This document shows, piece after piece, positions 28,901 to 38,584 of a stretch of DNA of 64,000 nt (positions within the stretch are counted from its first letter, which is position 1; each line of letters starts with the position of its first letter). The notes under the pieces were generated by a model that did no database searches, was not told the origin of the DNA, and worked only from the letters and a program-made list of their open reading frames with translations. This DNA is from a virus. Location of the stretch: positions 7,691 through 71,690 of the IMG/VR virus record IMGVR_UViG_3300038696_000126; one strand, 5' to 3'. The translations under genes and the position numbers were made by a program.

Positions 28901-30332
28901 TTTTACCAAACCCCGGTTTTAGGGCTTGCCTTAGTATTATTTTACTACCTGATTTAGTAGCAGTAACTCCTTGGTAGGGGTTTAAATCTACGTTAGGAAT
29001 AGCTTGTGTAAAAAAGTCTAACACGTCCTGCAAGTCATCGCTACCCGTTGCCGTGTAGAATAAAGACACAGCTCCCAAATTAAGAGTGTTATCATCATTA
29101 TCACGTGTTATTGTTTTCATATGATAACTAATTATAAAAGTAAAGCCTTCTTCAATAGTTGGTACGCTAGAAAAATCTAGTTCGTAGTCGTAAAATTTTC
29201 TGTTGTTGTATATGCGAATATTAGCCACAGGTATGATAACCCTAGCACTATAATTAGCACCTTTTTTATAAGCGATACCCGTTTGAACGCTAAGTTCGGT
29301 GGCATTAAAATCCTCTAAGTAGTTAGCGTAGTGTAATTTATTTTCCTTAAACCCCTGTGCTTTTGCGCGTCTAGGAACGGCGTCGTAATTCTTTAAAGTA
29401 TCCTCAAGTCCCGCTACAATATTAACGGTATCATTGTAAAACTCAAAGGCATTTATACCTTGGTCATTTCTAAAGTCAAACCAAGTAAACTCATCACCAC
29501 CATTCCCCTCTCTAAAAGTTAGCTCTACTTTATCTACGTTATTACTTGTAGCGGGTGATATAAAAACCCTAATTAAATTATCTTCTAAAGAGTTCCCTAT
29601 AACGGTTGAAGTATTGTTTAGCTTTTGTTGGTTGCTAACGGCAATGTCGCTCCACGGAGAGTAGGCGCTACGTTCACTATCGTCATATATGTAGCGGTAT
29701 CTAAATTGAAAAACACCGTCATTAATTTTGTTTATATTTTTTTCAGTGTCGGTTATGAAACTAAAGGTAGGTGGGTATAAGGGTGGGTGCTTAATAGCAT
29801 CATAATACTTTGCTTTTTGCGCGTCCGTACCCGAAGAAAATTCTTGAGCATAGCCGTTAACATAGTCGCCCTCTTGATGTAGCTTTGCGCGTTTAACATT
29901 AAGCTTGCGCGGTGTTATGTTATCCGTCCAATATAAAAGAACACCGTTATTATTGATAGAGTTTATTGCATTTACACCCGTAATGTAGGTTGTACTTTGA
30001 AAACTTAGAAAGCTGTCTTGCGCTATTAAAGAAGTAATTCTACTTATAGAACTGTATTGATAAATAGAGTGATTACCGTTTGAGTTCCAAATAAAGAAGT
30101 AAACTGAATTAACCTCCTCTAAACTTTTAGCCCCTATGCATTTATTTGTACCCGATGGTAAAGAATTACCCACAGCGGTAGTACCTAGTATATTCTTAAC
30201 AGGAGCGTTCACCCCGTTACCCGAAGTAAACCTCCTAATATTTAAAGCATCAGCGTAATCTCCTGATTTAATTAGGCGTTCATCGTTATCTAGGTCTAAG
30301 AAGCCTAAAGTAAAACCCTGCATTTTAGGCAT
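25959..30332 (-). CDS. Tail stabilisation / nozzle (tail tubular B-like) protein
   Basis: 1457 aa, beta-rich; LDLDNDERLI..DALNIR N-terminus, FQFRYRYIYDD, YGCSQQPES, KEGRFYA. Confidence 0.7.
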   Translation of the reverse strand: MPKMQGFTLGFLDLDNDERLIKSGDYADALNIRRFTSGNGVNAPVKNILGTTAVGNSLPSGTNKCIGAKSLEEVNSVYFFIWNSNGNHSIYQYSSISRITSLIAQDSFLSFQSTTYITGVNAINSINNNGVLLYWTDNITPRKLNVKRAKLHQEGDYVNGYAQEFSSGTDAQKAKYYDAIKHPPLYPPTFSFITDTEKNINKINDGVFQFRYRYIYDDSERSAYSPWSDIAVSNQQKLNNTSTVIGNSLEDNLIRVFISPATSNNVDKVELTFREGNGGDEFTWFDFRNDQGINAFEFYNDTVNIVAGLEDTLKNYDAVPRRAKAQGFKENKLHYANYLEDFNATELSVQTGIAYKKGANYSARVIIPVANIRIYNNRKFYDYELDFSSVPTIEEGFTFIISYHMKTITRDNDDNTLNLGAVSLFYTATGSDDLQDVLDFFTQAIPNVDLNPYQGVTATKSGSKIILRQALKPGFGKINIVDVSTNSYVVNSGKAEKTFKANSAHPLGVTYFDRGNRQSSVNKIITEPYVKWYTERDTSFQELDGGANIGFILKNQPPSWATHYSIVYAGNSGFSDYLDYTCAGAFKKDGQGTNSFDRLYISLRNFKGDDYSFKETTNALIDYNFAEGDRVLIKSYYDPDEEKRLKPSGNLDFKVVGLEVLGVGAENPLIGSSDSPGLKEQKSGVMLILQDPKLDNWDTDGGTNLSTGHWFNQADGEGAYFQIYRPKPQVDERPYYEFGHTYPIANAGLSTRYHEGSIRNQNESLEYVVTDKSIFNQYVVAFEFNNKIIVGDSVIIKNDSSVVLFTANVTRVELESAGTRLYLDEDFSSFGSIGFVKLASEGAATLLEGGDSWIKPRFFFRGDNVISFRISLAQVEDYYVNDFIKSGNSWDRGRSHFYLPEAKEIIRKTDITASEGFFPDVKFNGLSSFNPTNRTFKQLDLSWGGVQRIEQHNQGFIVWQEDKTTKLLISRSLLENSQGDGTVVVSNDPIGDQIPYGGDYGCSQQPESIVGNDGVWYWMDVKRGKYLRLSNDGITPISNYNVRNYLYGKSKDYLRNYANINIISGYDKENDETIVTFPTLSSTDILVDDVGMVGGAIQQAVFSGDFLQINVTPVLEDAPIGLTFSSELRNWEDIEENWDAWGDGNFYNTTEISETGNVAISNDDLINFENGNTTPAYVALNTTTEDKLTLGTLDLGSGFLSVPINNADYPIITSGAEVIQQGFTLAYYEPANRWSTFYSFDPEQYACINSLFFSFERGNMWLHNSGSNYGKFYGVDYPAKVTPILNPEPFTVKTYRAAMIEGNAAWDLDITTNLNGCDLLSTDFENKEGRFYAQLPFSETGTTDSNVIGIGDISTIATNTITVNGFFAAGSGLFVGDKIYLATTEIGSVVSIGADNTIVLSTSSGLSAGDYIYALRNSAIDGDTIRGYWAKVAMTNSVTGSEVELYSVDLQGTKSFY

Positions 30333-30335
30333 AGA

Positions 30336-31250
30336 TTATTTTTGGTTTTTACGTCTTGTGTTAAATGCTTTGTACTTTCCTTTTACAAACTTCTGTAATT
30401 GTTTAGCATCGCCATTTGCTAATTTTTCCATAGCTTTACTATCCTTTTCGTTGAATACGGTTTCACTACCCGTTAATTCAGCCTCTACCTTACCTGACTT
30501 GCCGTCCACTAAAAACTTAGGGTTCTTGCGGTGAGAGAATTGACCTTTGGTACGCATGATGCCGCCATTTTCAAAATCAAAGTTTAAGCCCTTTGGGTCG
30601 GTTGGGATTATTTCCTGAACCTCTCTTTGATTCAAAGTCTTTTTGGTTGAACTAGCACCACCACCCTCATCGGCATTACTAACACCCATCGCACCCCTAA
30701 CAGCTTGACCCGCACCCGTAAATATGTTTTGCTCACCTGCTTCTAAAGAACCTCTAGCCGCATTTAAGTCATTCAAGTAGTTACGTAGTCTTAACTGCGT
30801 TGTACGCTCCTCAGCACGCGCTAAATTAGTCATAGCTTTGTTTCTAGCTTGACCATACTCACCTGCACGTTGCATTTCACCAACACGCTCATTTTCTAAT
30901 ACACTAGCTACATTACCCAAACCGCGACCACCACCTTTACCTAAAGCGTCAATAGACTGAGATGTGCGTCTTTGCGCCCCTATCTCCTGCATATTAACAT
31001 AATCCTCAGCGATAGGCTCTAAAGCTAGTTTACGTAATGCGGGTGGAACCTCAATAGAAGGTTGGTTTTTTTGCAGTTCTTTTATGGCGCGTCTAGCCTC
31101 CTTAGCTTGTTTCATGCCATAGATAGCTTGCCCAACACCCATAACGCCTTGCGCCACACCAGCTGATTTGCCTTTTACAGCTTCACCTAATGCCATTATG
31201 CCGCCAGGACTATAACTAGGTACACCTTTATTTTTACGAATCGACCCCAT
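30336..31250 (-). CDS. Putative internal virion protein
   Basis: Gly/Ala-rich amphipathic N-terminus; GQFSH.KNP and ELTGSE motifs. Confidence 0.55.
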   Translation of the reverse strand: MGSIRKNKGVPSYSPGGIMALGEAVKGKSAGVAQGVMGVGQAIYGMKQAKEARRAIKELQKNQPSIEVPPALRKLALEPIAEDYVNMQEIGAQRRTSQSIDALGKGGGRGLGNVASVLENERVGEMQRAGEYGQARNKAMTNLARAEERTTQLRLRNYLNDLNAARGSLEAGEQNIFTGAGQAVRGAMGVSNADEGGGASSTKKTLNQREVQEIIPTDPKGLNFDFENGGIMRTKGQFSHRKNPKFLVDGKSGKVEAELTGSETVFNEKDSKAMEKLANGDAKQLQKFVKGKYKAFNTRRKNQK

Positions 31251-31480
31251 TACTTTTTCATTTTACCTCCGTACTTCATTTTTTTCATGCCTTTAGGTTT
31301 TTTGGTATCACTTTCTAGTTTACCACCCTTGGCATAAGACATCTTACCTCCTTTTCCGTAAGACATTTTACTTCCTGCACTTTTTCTATTAGCTTTCATG
31401 TTGTAGTTTTTAAAGTTTTTGTTATGCTCCGCAGCTATCGCAATCCTCTTGGTTTTCAATGTTGCATACAGGCTGCTCAC
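31250..31480 (-). CDS. Small basic protein with YxxGGK repeats
   Basis: MSYGKGGK MSYAKGGK ... KYGGK; start uncertain. Confidence 0.55.
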   Translation of the reverse strand: MSSLYATLKTKRIAIAAEHNKNFKNYNMKANRKSAGSKMSYGKGGKMSYAKGGKLESDTKKPKGMKKMKYGGKMKK

Positions 31481-31533
31481 CTTCTTCCAGTTCTTTTATC
31501 CATTGCTCAAACTTATCTTCGCTCATCATTTTT

Positions 31534-33987
31534 TTAGTTTGTTTGTAATATATCTTCCACTGTGTTTTTCTCTTCTTCGGTAAAGTCAATAGACTTCGGA
31601 TTGTCTGATTTCTGCTCCTTCATTATAAGGCTTTGCGCGGTTTTCTCCTCCCTCATTCTACTATCTTTCTTACCCTCTAGGTATTGTTGATTAGACACTT
31701 TAGCTTGCGCCTGTATCTTTTCTTCCTCCATGTCATACTTTCCTCTCACAACTTCCTCTTGTACACGCCCTGCGCTTTCTGCTGCTATCTGAGCCATTTT
31801 ACGCATATGCTGTGCTGCTTCAAACTGCTCCTTAGCTGTGTACTCAACTTGTATCAACTGTGCCTGACCTTGCATTTTAATTTGCTCGGCCTCTTGATTA
31901 GCTTGTGCTTGTGCTTGAATATTTTGTAATCTTTCTTGTTGAAGTCTATCAGTGTTTCGCTTAACCTTCATGGCTAGGTATCTACCCATGTCTTTAAAGT
32001 TACGCATCTGATTGATTTTATACTTATCAGAAATATCAATTTGCCCTGCTTGTAATGCAATCTGCATATCACGGGCCAACTCCATTTTTTCGTCTTGGTT
32101 TAAATCTATTTCAATCATTATACCGTATAAATGCAACGGTATCTGCTTCATCATCTTAATGGTGTCTATATCATCACGACCAATAGCCTCTTCATATACT
32201 TTACGTAGGGGTGGTGAGTATTCAATAATGTCTTGAATACGCACAATCAAATCATCAACTACATCTTCCACTAAGCCAAATGCGGCTAAGTCAATATGTT
32301 TTGTAGCGTTATTAGAACCCGCCATAGCTATTTCAGCAACACCAACTGATTGTTCAGGTGATGGAGCAGAACCGTCTCTAAACTCATTTAAGCCTGTTAC
32401 ATCTCTAAGCTGCTGCAAAGCATGGTTGTACGCCAATACCTGCTCGTTAATAAGCCCTGTGTAGTTTACAGCTAAATCTCTAATAGGTTGTTGGTTTGAT
32501 GGAGTGCCGTCTAAGTCTTGACCTCGGTATATTAAGTTACCCGTTTGGTCTAAAATATCTAGTAATTCTATTCCACTTAGCTTCCCGCCCGTGCCAATAT
32601 CAACATTATCCATAGCGGTAATATCAATAGCAACTCCTGGTGGTCTTTGCTTTTGTTGTATTTGCTGTATTTTCAACCAAGAACGCATCATTTGGTCGCT
32701 AAAAGGCATCATGCGCTGTAAGTACCCCGTGTATTCGTTGTCTCTTAAATTTAAAGCACGGATTTTGAAGGAAAGTTCCGTTTGCTGCATGGAGTTTTTC
32801 TTGCGCTTTACGTTGGTTTTCTTTCCGTAATCAAATATAATGTCGCTATCTACAACCTTGTAGCCACCATATACACACTCATAAAAATCTGAGTACATGG
32901 TTCGCTTGTAAGTTGAGTTCTCAGGTGATTTGTAGTCATCAGCCTTACGAGTAAAGGTACTATTACCGTACCGTGTATTCTTTTTCTCAAACCTATCTTC
33001 ATCAGATGTTTTAAACTCAAAATCTAATAACCTAACCTTAAATTTATCGTAAGGATATTGAGAACCCGAACCGTTATTGTCAAACGCACCCTTGTACTTA
33101 CTTTCGTAGTTATCTAAGCTGCCGTTTCCAAACCTATTAGCTACTTTTTTAGCTAACTTTTCTAATAGCTTTTCATCGCTTACATTAAACTGCTCTCTTA
33201 TTTCAGAGATAGTTCGGTAAATTACCTCCCCCGCATAAACAATATCACTAAAGTTTTTGGTTCTTGCATAAGAGTGAACTAAATTGATTGGGTCTATGTA
33301 TCTTATTACAGCGCCTCTATGTGGGTGCGTGTAAGACCTTGCAGCACCTATACCGTAAGTTATAAGGTCATCAACAAACTCTTCAAACACATCTCTCTTA
33401 AAGTTATTTACCGATAGGGTAAAATCAAGGGCTTGCTCTAAAGCTATTTCAACTGCCAACTTAAAGTTAGTGGACATTAAGAAGTCTAATTCTTCTTTAT
33501 CTTGTGGAATGTTTTCCGCACCTAGCTTTGCTGCACCGTTTTCGTTACCGAACTCAGTCATTGTCTGCTTCAATATCATTTTAGCAGCAATCTTATTACG
33601 CTCCTTGTCTTTTTGTGATGCAGCGTTAGGGTCAATAGCATCAACCGCTACGCGGTAGAACCTATCAACAATAGCGTTTTTAACAATATCAACAAACTTC
33701 GGTATGATAGCAATAGGCTTGTAATCTAGGTTTATCCAAGATGTGTCGCCCGTGGGGTTTAAATACTTTTTATACTTATCTTCGCTTTGATTGCCATTAC
33801 GATATGCCCTGTATTCTTGAAATTGCCAACGCTTTCCCTCGTAGCTTGTGTTGGAGCTGTTTTCCTTAAACCACTCTTCTTCAATAGAGTTCGCGTAGGC
33901 AATACCATACTCGTCCGTTTTCTTAATAGACGGCATAGCTAAGGTAGACGGGAAACCGTTAGATGTTTTTAAATCTTTTTCCTGCAT
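31534..33987 (-). CDS. Portal protein
   Basis: 817 aa; LDYKPIAIIPKFVDIV, YIDPINLV, RDVTGLNEFRDGS and a Q-rich coiled-coil C-terminus. Confidence 0.85.
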   Translation of the reverse strand: MQEKDLKTSNGFPSTLAMPSIKKTDEYGIAYANSIEEEWFKENSSNTSYEGKRWQFQEYRAYRNGNQSEDKYKKYLNPTGDTSWINLDYKPIAIIPKFVDIVKNAIVDRFYRVAVDAIDPNAASQKDKERNKIAAKMILKQTMTEFGNENGAAKLGAENIPQDKEELDFLMSTNFKLAVEIALEQALDFTLSVNNFKRDVFEEFVDDLITYGIGAARSYTHPHRGAVIRYIDPINLVHSYARTKNFSDIVYAGEVIYRTISEIREQFNVSDEKLLEKLAKKVANRFGNGSLDNYESKYKGAFDNNGSGSQYPYDKFKVRLLDFEFKTSDEDRFEKKNTRYGNSTFTRKADDYKSPENSTYKRTMYSDFYECVYGGYKVVDSDIIFDYGKKTNVKRKKNSMQQTELSFKIRALNLRDNEYTGYLQRMMPFSDQMMRSWLKIQQIQQKQRPPGVAIDITAMDNVDIGTGGKLSGIELLDILDQTGNLIYRGQDLDGTPSNQQPIRDLAVNYTGLINEQVLAYNHALQQLRDVTGLNEFRDGSAPSPEQSVGVAEIAMAGSNNATKHIDLAAFGLVEDVVDDLIVRIQDIIEYSPPLRKVYEEAIGRDDIDTIKMMKQIPLHLYGIMIEIDLNQDEKMELARDMQIALQAGQIDISDKYKINQMRNFKDMGRYLAMKVKRNTDRLQQERLQNIQAQAQANQEAEQIKMQGQAQLIQVEYTAKEQFEAAQHMRKMAQIAAESAGRVQEEVVRGKYDMEEEKIQAQAKVSNQQYLEGKKDSRMREEKTAQSLIMKEQKSDNPKSIDFTEEEKNTVEDILQTN

Positions 33988-34106
33988 TATTATTCAAACA
34001 TAATACTGTGTTGTGCAAAGTTACGTAATGTTAAGGTATTGTTAAGTTTGGTGGTTGTGTTGCGGGTTGGTGGTTTTAGGGTTATATTCGCGGTAAACAA
34101 ATATTT

Positions 34107-34394
34107 ATGAAAGTAATTAAAATAAACACCCCTGACGGCCAATACACTCTACCATTGGTAAAAGTAGCAGAACATAGAGCAAATGTATATTATGATGGTA
34201 AATTAAAAAGCCAACTATGGAAAGAAGAAGTTTCTTTTGTAATGAATGATAATTACGAAGGTGTTGATTGGTTAGTTAATAACACTAACTACGAGGATTG
34301 GGAGGATGAAACAACAAAACTAAATAGTGATGTAAAAGTAACCATGGATGATTTTTGGTGCAGCACCGAAGATTTTGATATAGTTGATGTTTAA
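34107..34394 (+). CDS. hypothetical protein
   Basis: First ORF after the divergent promoter. Confidence 0.7.
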   Translation: MKVIKINTPDGQYTLPLVKVAEHRANVYYDGKLKSQLWKEEVSFVMNDNYEGVDWLVNNTNYEDWEDETTKLNSDVKVTMDDFWCSTEDFDIVDV

Positions 34395-34595
34395 TTTCTA
34401 CACACTTAGCACAGTATGATAACCCACTCATTAACCCCGAATAAGCTTACAACGTGTGATAAGTCATTCAGTGGTGGTTTAACGCTGTAAATTGTCTAGT
34501 TTTACGATAATAAACTGGACAACGTTTAGTATAAGACCCGTTTTTTTATGGGTTTTATATAGTGTTAGCATTAGTACGGATTTAAAACAACAAAT

Positions 34596-35453
34596 ATGAT
34601 TGATATAAGATTAAGTGATAATTTAGAATTAATGGCAGAAATGCAAGATAATACAGTAGATTTAATTTACTGTGATATACTTTATGGAACAGGCAGAAAA
34701 TTTGCAGACTACCAAGATTTAAAACCTAAACGTGAAATTATAGAAGAACATTACATACCAAGAATTAAAGAAATGCACCGTATTTTAAAAGATACAGGAA
34801 GTATTTACCTGCAAATGAGCGAAGAAATTTTACATTGGATCAGATGTGTAATGGATGATACTTTTGGGTATGAGCGTTTTTTAAGACAGATTTATTGGAA
34901 ACGAACAGATAATAAAGGTAGCAGTAAAGCTAAGTGTAAAACATTCCCAAATTCTATTGACTGCATTGTTTGTTATTCAAAATCTATCGAGTTCACATTC
35001 AATTTACAGTATTCAGAATATTCACAAAAAAGAATTAATGAGTTTAGACACGAGGACAAAAAGGGTAAATACCGCTGGCAGACCCTAAAAACTTATTCCA
35101 ATGATAGATATGAAAAATTAATAAGCGAAGGAATGATTAAAACACCTCAAACAAGCGTATACCCACAGTTTAAGCAGTATTTAATGGACAGTAAGGGTGT
35201 TATATTAGATAATAATTGGCAGGATTTGTATTACGTTAAGTACAACGCAAAATACAATACTGAAAAACCCAAAGCATTAATTGAGCGAATAATAAAAGCA
35301 AGTAGTAACGAAGGGGATTTAGTTGCTGACTTTTACGCTGGAAGTCATACTACAGGGGAAGTGGCGTTAGAGTTAGGGCGAAGCTATATAGGATGTGATA
35401 TAAATCCGAGAAGCTTAGAGATAGGTAAAGAAAGATTAAAAAGATTTTTTTAA
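34596..35453 (+). CDS. DNA methyltransferase, N6/N4, beta class (motif IV variant DILY)
   Basis: VDLIYCDILY, YNTEKPKALIERII, DFYAGSHTTG. Confidence 0.85.
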   Translation: MIDIRLSDNLELMAEMQDNTVDLIYCDILYGTGRKFADYQDLKPKREIIEEHYIPRIKEMHRILKDTGSIYLQMSEEILHWIRCVMDDTFGYERFLRQIYWKRTDNKGSSKAKCKTFPNSIDCIVCYSKSIEFTFNLQYSEYSQKRINEFRHEDKKGKYRWQTLKTYSNDRYEKLISEGMIKTPQTSVYPQFKQYLMDSKGVILDNNWQDLYYVKYNAKYNTEKPKALIERIIKASSNEGDLVADFYAGSHTTGEVALELGRSYIGCDINPRSLEIGKERLKRFF

Positions 35454-35464
35454 TACATACTTTT

Positions 35465-36103
35465 ATGTTATCTTTGAACAAATTTAAAAATATGATTAAA
35501 AACGAGAAAATATCTGATTTGAAAAGGCATAACTTAACAGGTGTTAAAGTTGGCAAACTTACAGTTTTAAATATATCAGAAAAAAGAAACAAACACAATA
35601 GAATTATGTGGGATTGTATTTGTGAATGTGGTAATAAAAAAACAGTGGCAGCCGATATGCTAAACAAATCATTAAGAGGTGGAATAGGGACTAAAAGTTG
35701 CGGATGTCTAAGAAACAATTCACACAATAAAATCAAGGATAGAGTATATGCAGTGTGGTTACAATTATATAACTCAAGTACATTAAAAAAAGAAACTTAT
35801 AGATTGAAAAAGGGGTGGAGTAAATCTGACATTGCATTTGAAACTTTTAAAGCTTTATGTTCAACTAAATGTTTTTATTGTGGAGCAATTGGTTCTAATA
35901 AAGCGATGGATATAAAAGAAGGAAAGCTAATATCAGATACAACTATAAGATATAACGGACTTGATAGGGTTGATAGCTCTATCGGTTATATGGAAGAAAA
36001 TATAATTCCTTGTTGTAAGTATTGCAATAGAGCAAAAAGTGATACGACTGATACGGAGTTTTTGGCTTGGATAAAAAGGGTATATAAGTATAATTTTAAA
36101 TAG
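35465..36103 (+). CDS. HNH-type homing endonuclease
   Basis: WDCICECGN...KSCGC N-terminal domain; CFYCG...GLDRVDSSIGY..ENIIPCCKYCNRAK. Confidence 0.85.
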   Translation: MLSLNKFKNMIKNEKISDLKRHNLTGVKVGKLTVLNISEKRNKHNRIMWDCICECGNKKTVAADMLNKSLRGGIGTKSCGCLRNNSHNKIKDRVYAVWLQLYNSSTLKKETYRLKKGWSKSDIAFETFKALCSTKCFYCGAIGSNKAMDIKEGKLISDTTIRYNGLDRVDSSIGYMEENIIPCCKYCNRAKSDTTDTEFLAWIKRVYKYNFK

Positions 36104-36205
36104 TTTACAACCGCAGAAGTGTGTAAGGATTTAAACAGAAATTTTATAGGTTGTGATATTTCTGAAAAGGCAGTAGCTATCGGATTAAAAAGGACTAAGT
36201 ATTAA
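36104..36205 (+). pseudogene. Orphaned 3' end of the interrupted methyltransferase gene
   Basis: FTTAEVCKDLNRNFIGCDISEKAVAIGLKRTKY* is colinear with the MTase C-terminus HTTGEVALELGRSYIGCDINPRSLEIGKERLK. Confidence 0.8.
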
Positions 36206-36301
36206 TGCTAACGTTTGTATATGAAGCGTTGAGGAACGAAATTATTTTATATACCGTGTTATATTTTAGTGCGGTTAATTAAAAACAAAACTTAATAAAT
36301 T

Positions 36302-36574
36302 ATGATAAAAATACAAACATTTAGAAACCCGGAAGGCTACACTTTAAACCAACTAATAAGAGAAAAGCCAACTTGCTTTAATGGTAATGTTACTGTAGAA
36401 AAGTACGAAATAACAGTGGTAAAGATTGAAGAGCCAAAAGAAGTTTATAGAGAAAGACTACAAAAACTTTGGGATGAATGTGATAACCACCATCATTGGA
36501 CACCATTAAAGGGAAAGGCAAAAGAATTAGGCGTTGAATTGATTGGTGATGCTGGTAGTAAACTAAAAAGATAG
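36302..36574 (+). CDS. Cassette-borne hypothetical protein
   Basis: 90 aa ORF filling cassette 36258-36587. Confidence 0.75.
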   Translation: MIKIQTFRNPEGYTLNQLIREKPTCFNGNVTVEKYEITVVKIEEPKEVYRERLQKLWDECDNHHHWTPLKGKAKELGVELIGDAGSKLKR

Positions 36575-36590
36575 CATTAAATATAACGAA

Positions 36591-36836
36591 ATGAATAAAA
36601 ACAGTAACGACATGAAAGAACAACTGACAATAATAAGTGATGACCTTAATCATGGCATCATAACCGAAAACGAAGCACGTACCAAGTTATTGATTTTACT
36701 TGGTGTTAGCGGTAGGGCTTCCCAATTAGAAGAAGATGCCTTTAAGTTAATAAACAGCTATTGCAAAAATGGACTTAAAAAACCTGACTTGGTTAAAAAA
36801 ATGGAATGGATTACAGGTAGTTGTAAAATGAGTTAG
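36591..36836 (+). CDS. Hypothetical protein fused across a cassette junction
   Basis: Reads through GTT 36705 (LLILLGVSGR). Confidence 0.65.
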   Translation: MNKNSNDMKEQLTIISDDLNHGIITENEARTKLLILLGVSGRASQLEEDAFKLINSYCKNGLKKPDLVKKMEWITGSCKMS

Positions 36837-37007
36837 CACCGCATTACCGCTAACGGTAGGTACATGGTTTGTAGGCATAGACAAGCGATAACTTTCGGAT
36901 TAAACAACTACTTAAATAAATAAAAATAAAGATTGAATTATTAACCAACTGCCTATAAATTATATACTTTGTTATATACTGGGCGGTTTAAAACACAAAA
37001 TTTAATT

Positions 37008-37259
37008 ATGAAAACTAAATTAGAATTACCAAGCAATCCAAGAATGCACAATCCTGATGGAATGTATGCAAGTGAGGCAAGAATTGAAGATTATTATTCT
37101 TTGAGAGATTATTTTGCAGGAAAAGCAATGAATGGTTATTTATCTGCAAGCGTTGACGTTATTAATCGTGGATTTCCAATAGACGCACATAACATAGCTA
37201 ATGAATGCTATATAATTGCTGACGCTATGATAAAAGCCCGTTCTGAAAACGAATTATAG
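37008..37259 (+). CDS. Phage protein of the 'LRDYFAxxAM' family
   Basis: SLRDYFAGKAMNG...YIIADAMIKAR. Confidence 0.75.
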   Translation: MKTKLELPSNPRMHNPDGMYASEARIEDYYSLRDYFAGKAMNGYLSASVDVINRGFPIDAHNIANECYIIADAMIKARSENEL

Positions 37260-37427
37260 CCTTGTATATAACGTTCATGTATAAGATTTGAAGCGGATAA
37301 AAAAGCACAAACCAAACGAATAAACACAGAATTAAATAAATAGTAATAACCTTTAATAAAGACCTAAAACCGCTTTTAATTTTATACGGTGTTAGCAACT
37401 GGGCGGTTTTAAAAACGAAAATTAATT

Positions 37428-37703
37428 ATGAAAACACAAAACAAACCCGCCTTTCCTGTTGAAGTATCAATAGCTGATAATGGTAATTTAAGAGGTTCGC
37501 AAACTTCTAACTTTTCTGGCTATGAAATGGGATTAACAAAACGTGAATACTTTGCATCTAAAGCTATGCAAGGTTTACTATCTAATCCTGAATGGATGAA
37601 AGAATACAAGGGCGAAAAGTACTTAATGCAAAGTGATATATTAGCTGATATTGCGATAAAAACAGCCGACAATTTATTATCTAAACTCTCAAACGAAGAC
37701 TAA
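37428..37703 (+). CDS. Phage protein of the 'LRDYFAxxAM' family (paralogue)
   Basis: PAFP...GLTKREYFASKAMQG...ADNLL. Confidence 0.75.
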   Translation: MKTQNKPAFPVEVSIADNGNLRGSQTSNFSGYEMGLTKREYFASKAMQGLLSNPEWMKEYKGEKYLMQSDILADIAIKTADNLLSKLSNED

Positions 37704-37804
37704 TTGTAGCCTTGTTGCTAACGTATAGTGGTATGGTGCGTAGCCTTAAAATGCACGAAGATTGAATTAAGAACTGAAGTAATAATTAAAATATTTTTAA
37801 AAGC

Positions 37805-38584
37805 GTGGGCAAAAAAATTGACTTATATAACGAGAATTGTGAAGATACTATGAAGCGTATTGAAACTGGAAATGTAAAATTAATACTTACAGACCCACCT
37901 TATAACACAACACAATGTGATTGGGAATATGAATTGGATTTGCCTAAAATATGGCAACAATGGGAACGTATTTTAGCAGATGATGGTGTTATAATTGTGT
38001 TTGCTGATGAACCATTTACAAGTAAATTAATAGTTTCTAAACTTGGGTTTTTTAAATACAGAATTACTTGGGATAAAATGACTGGTTCTAATTTCTTGAA
38101 TGCTCACAAAATGCCATTGAAACAAACAGAAGATGCTGTTGTATTTGCAAAGGTTAAGAACGGACAATACACTTATAACCCAATTTTAACAGATAAGCCA
38201 AAACAAAATATAAGACCTGAAGGAAAACCAAAAAAGAAAAAAGCATCTACTTATGGCGAACATAATGGAAGTTTTCACGAATCTTATGATAATACTAAAA
38301 GTTACCCAACTAACTTACTTTCTTTATCTTCTAAAACTGATGAATGCAACCCATTAAATAGAGTACACCCAACACAAAAACCAATTGATTTAATGCGTAA
38401 TTTGATTATTACCTACTCTAATAAAGGTGATTTAGTTTTTGATGGTTATTCTGGAAGTGGAACAACTGCACACGCTTGTATTTTAGAGAATAGAAATTTT
38501 ATAGGTGCTGAACTTGATAAGACTTACTTTGATAAAAGCATTGAACGTTTAAGATTAGAACAGATGCAAACCAAATTGTTTTGA
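37805..38584 (+). CDS. DNA methyltransferase, N6/N4, beta class
   Basis: TDPPY, HPTQKP, DGYSGSGTT; GTG start. Confidence 0.92.
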   Translation: MGKKIDLYNENCEDTMKRIETGNVKLILTDPPYNTTQCDWEYELDLPKIWQQWERILADDGVIIVFADEPFTSKLIVSKLGFFKYRITWDKMTGSNFLNAHKMPLKQTEDAVVFAKVKNGQYTYNPILTDKPKQNIRPEGKPKKKKASTYGEHNGSFHESYDNTKSYPTNLLSLSSKTDECNPLNRVHPTQKPIDLMRNLIITYSNKGDLVFDGYSGSGTTAHACILENRNFIGAELDKTYFDKSIERLRLEQMQTKLF

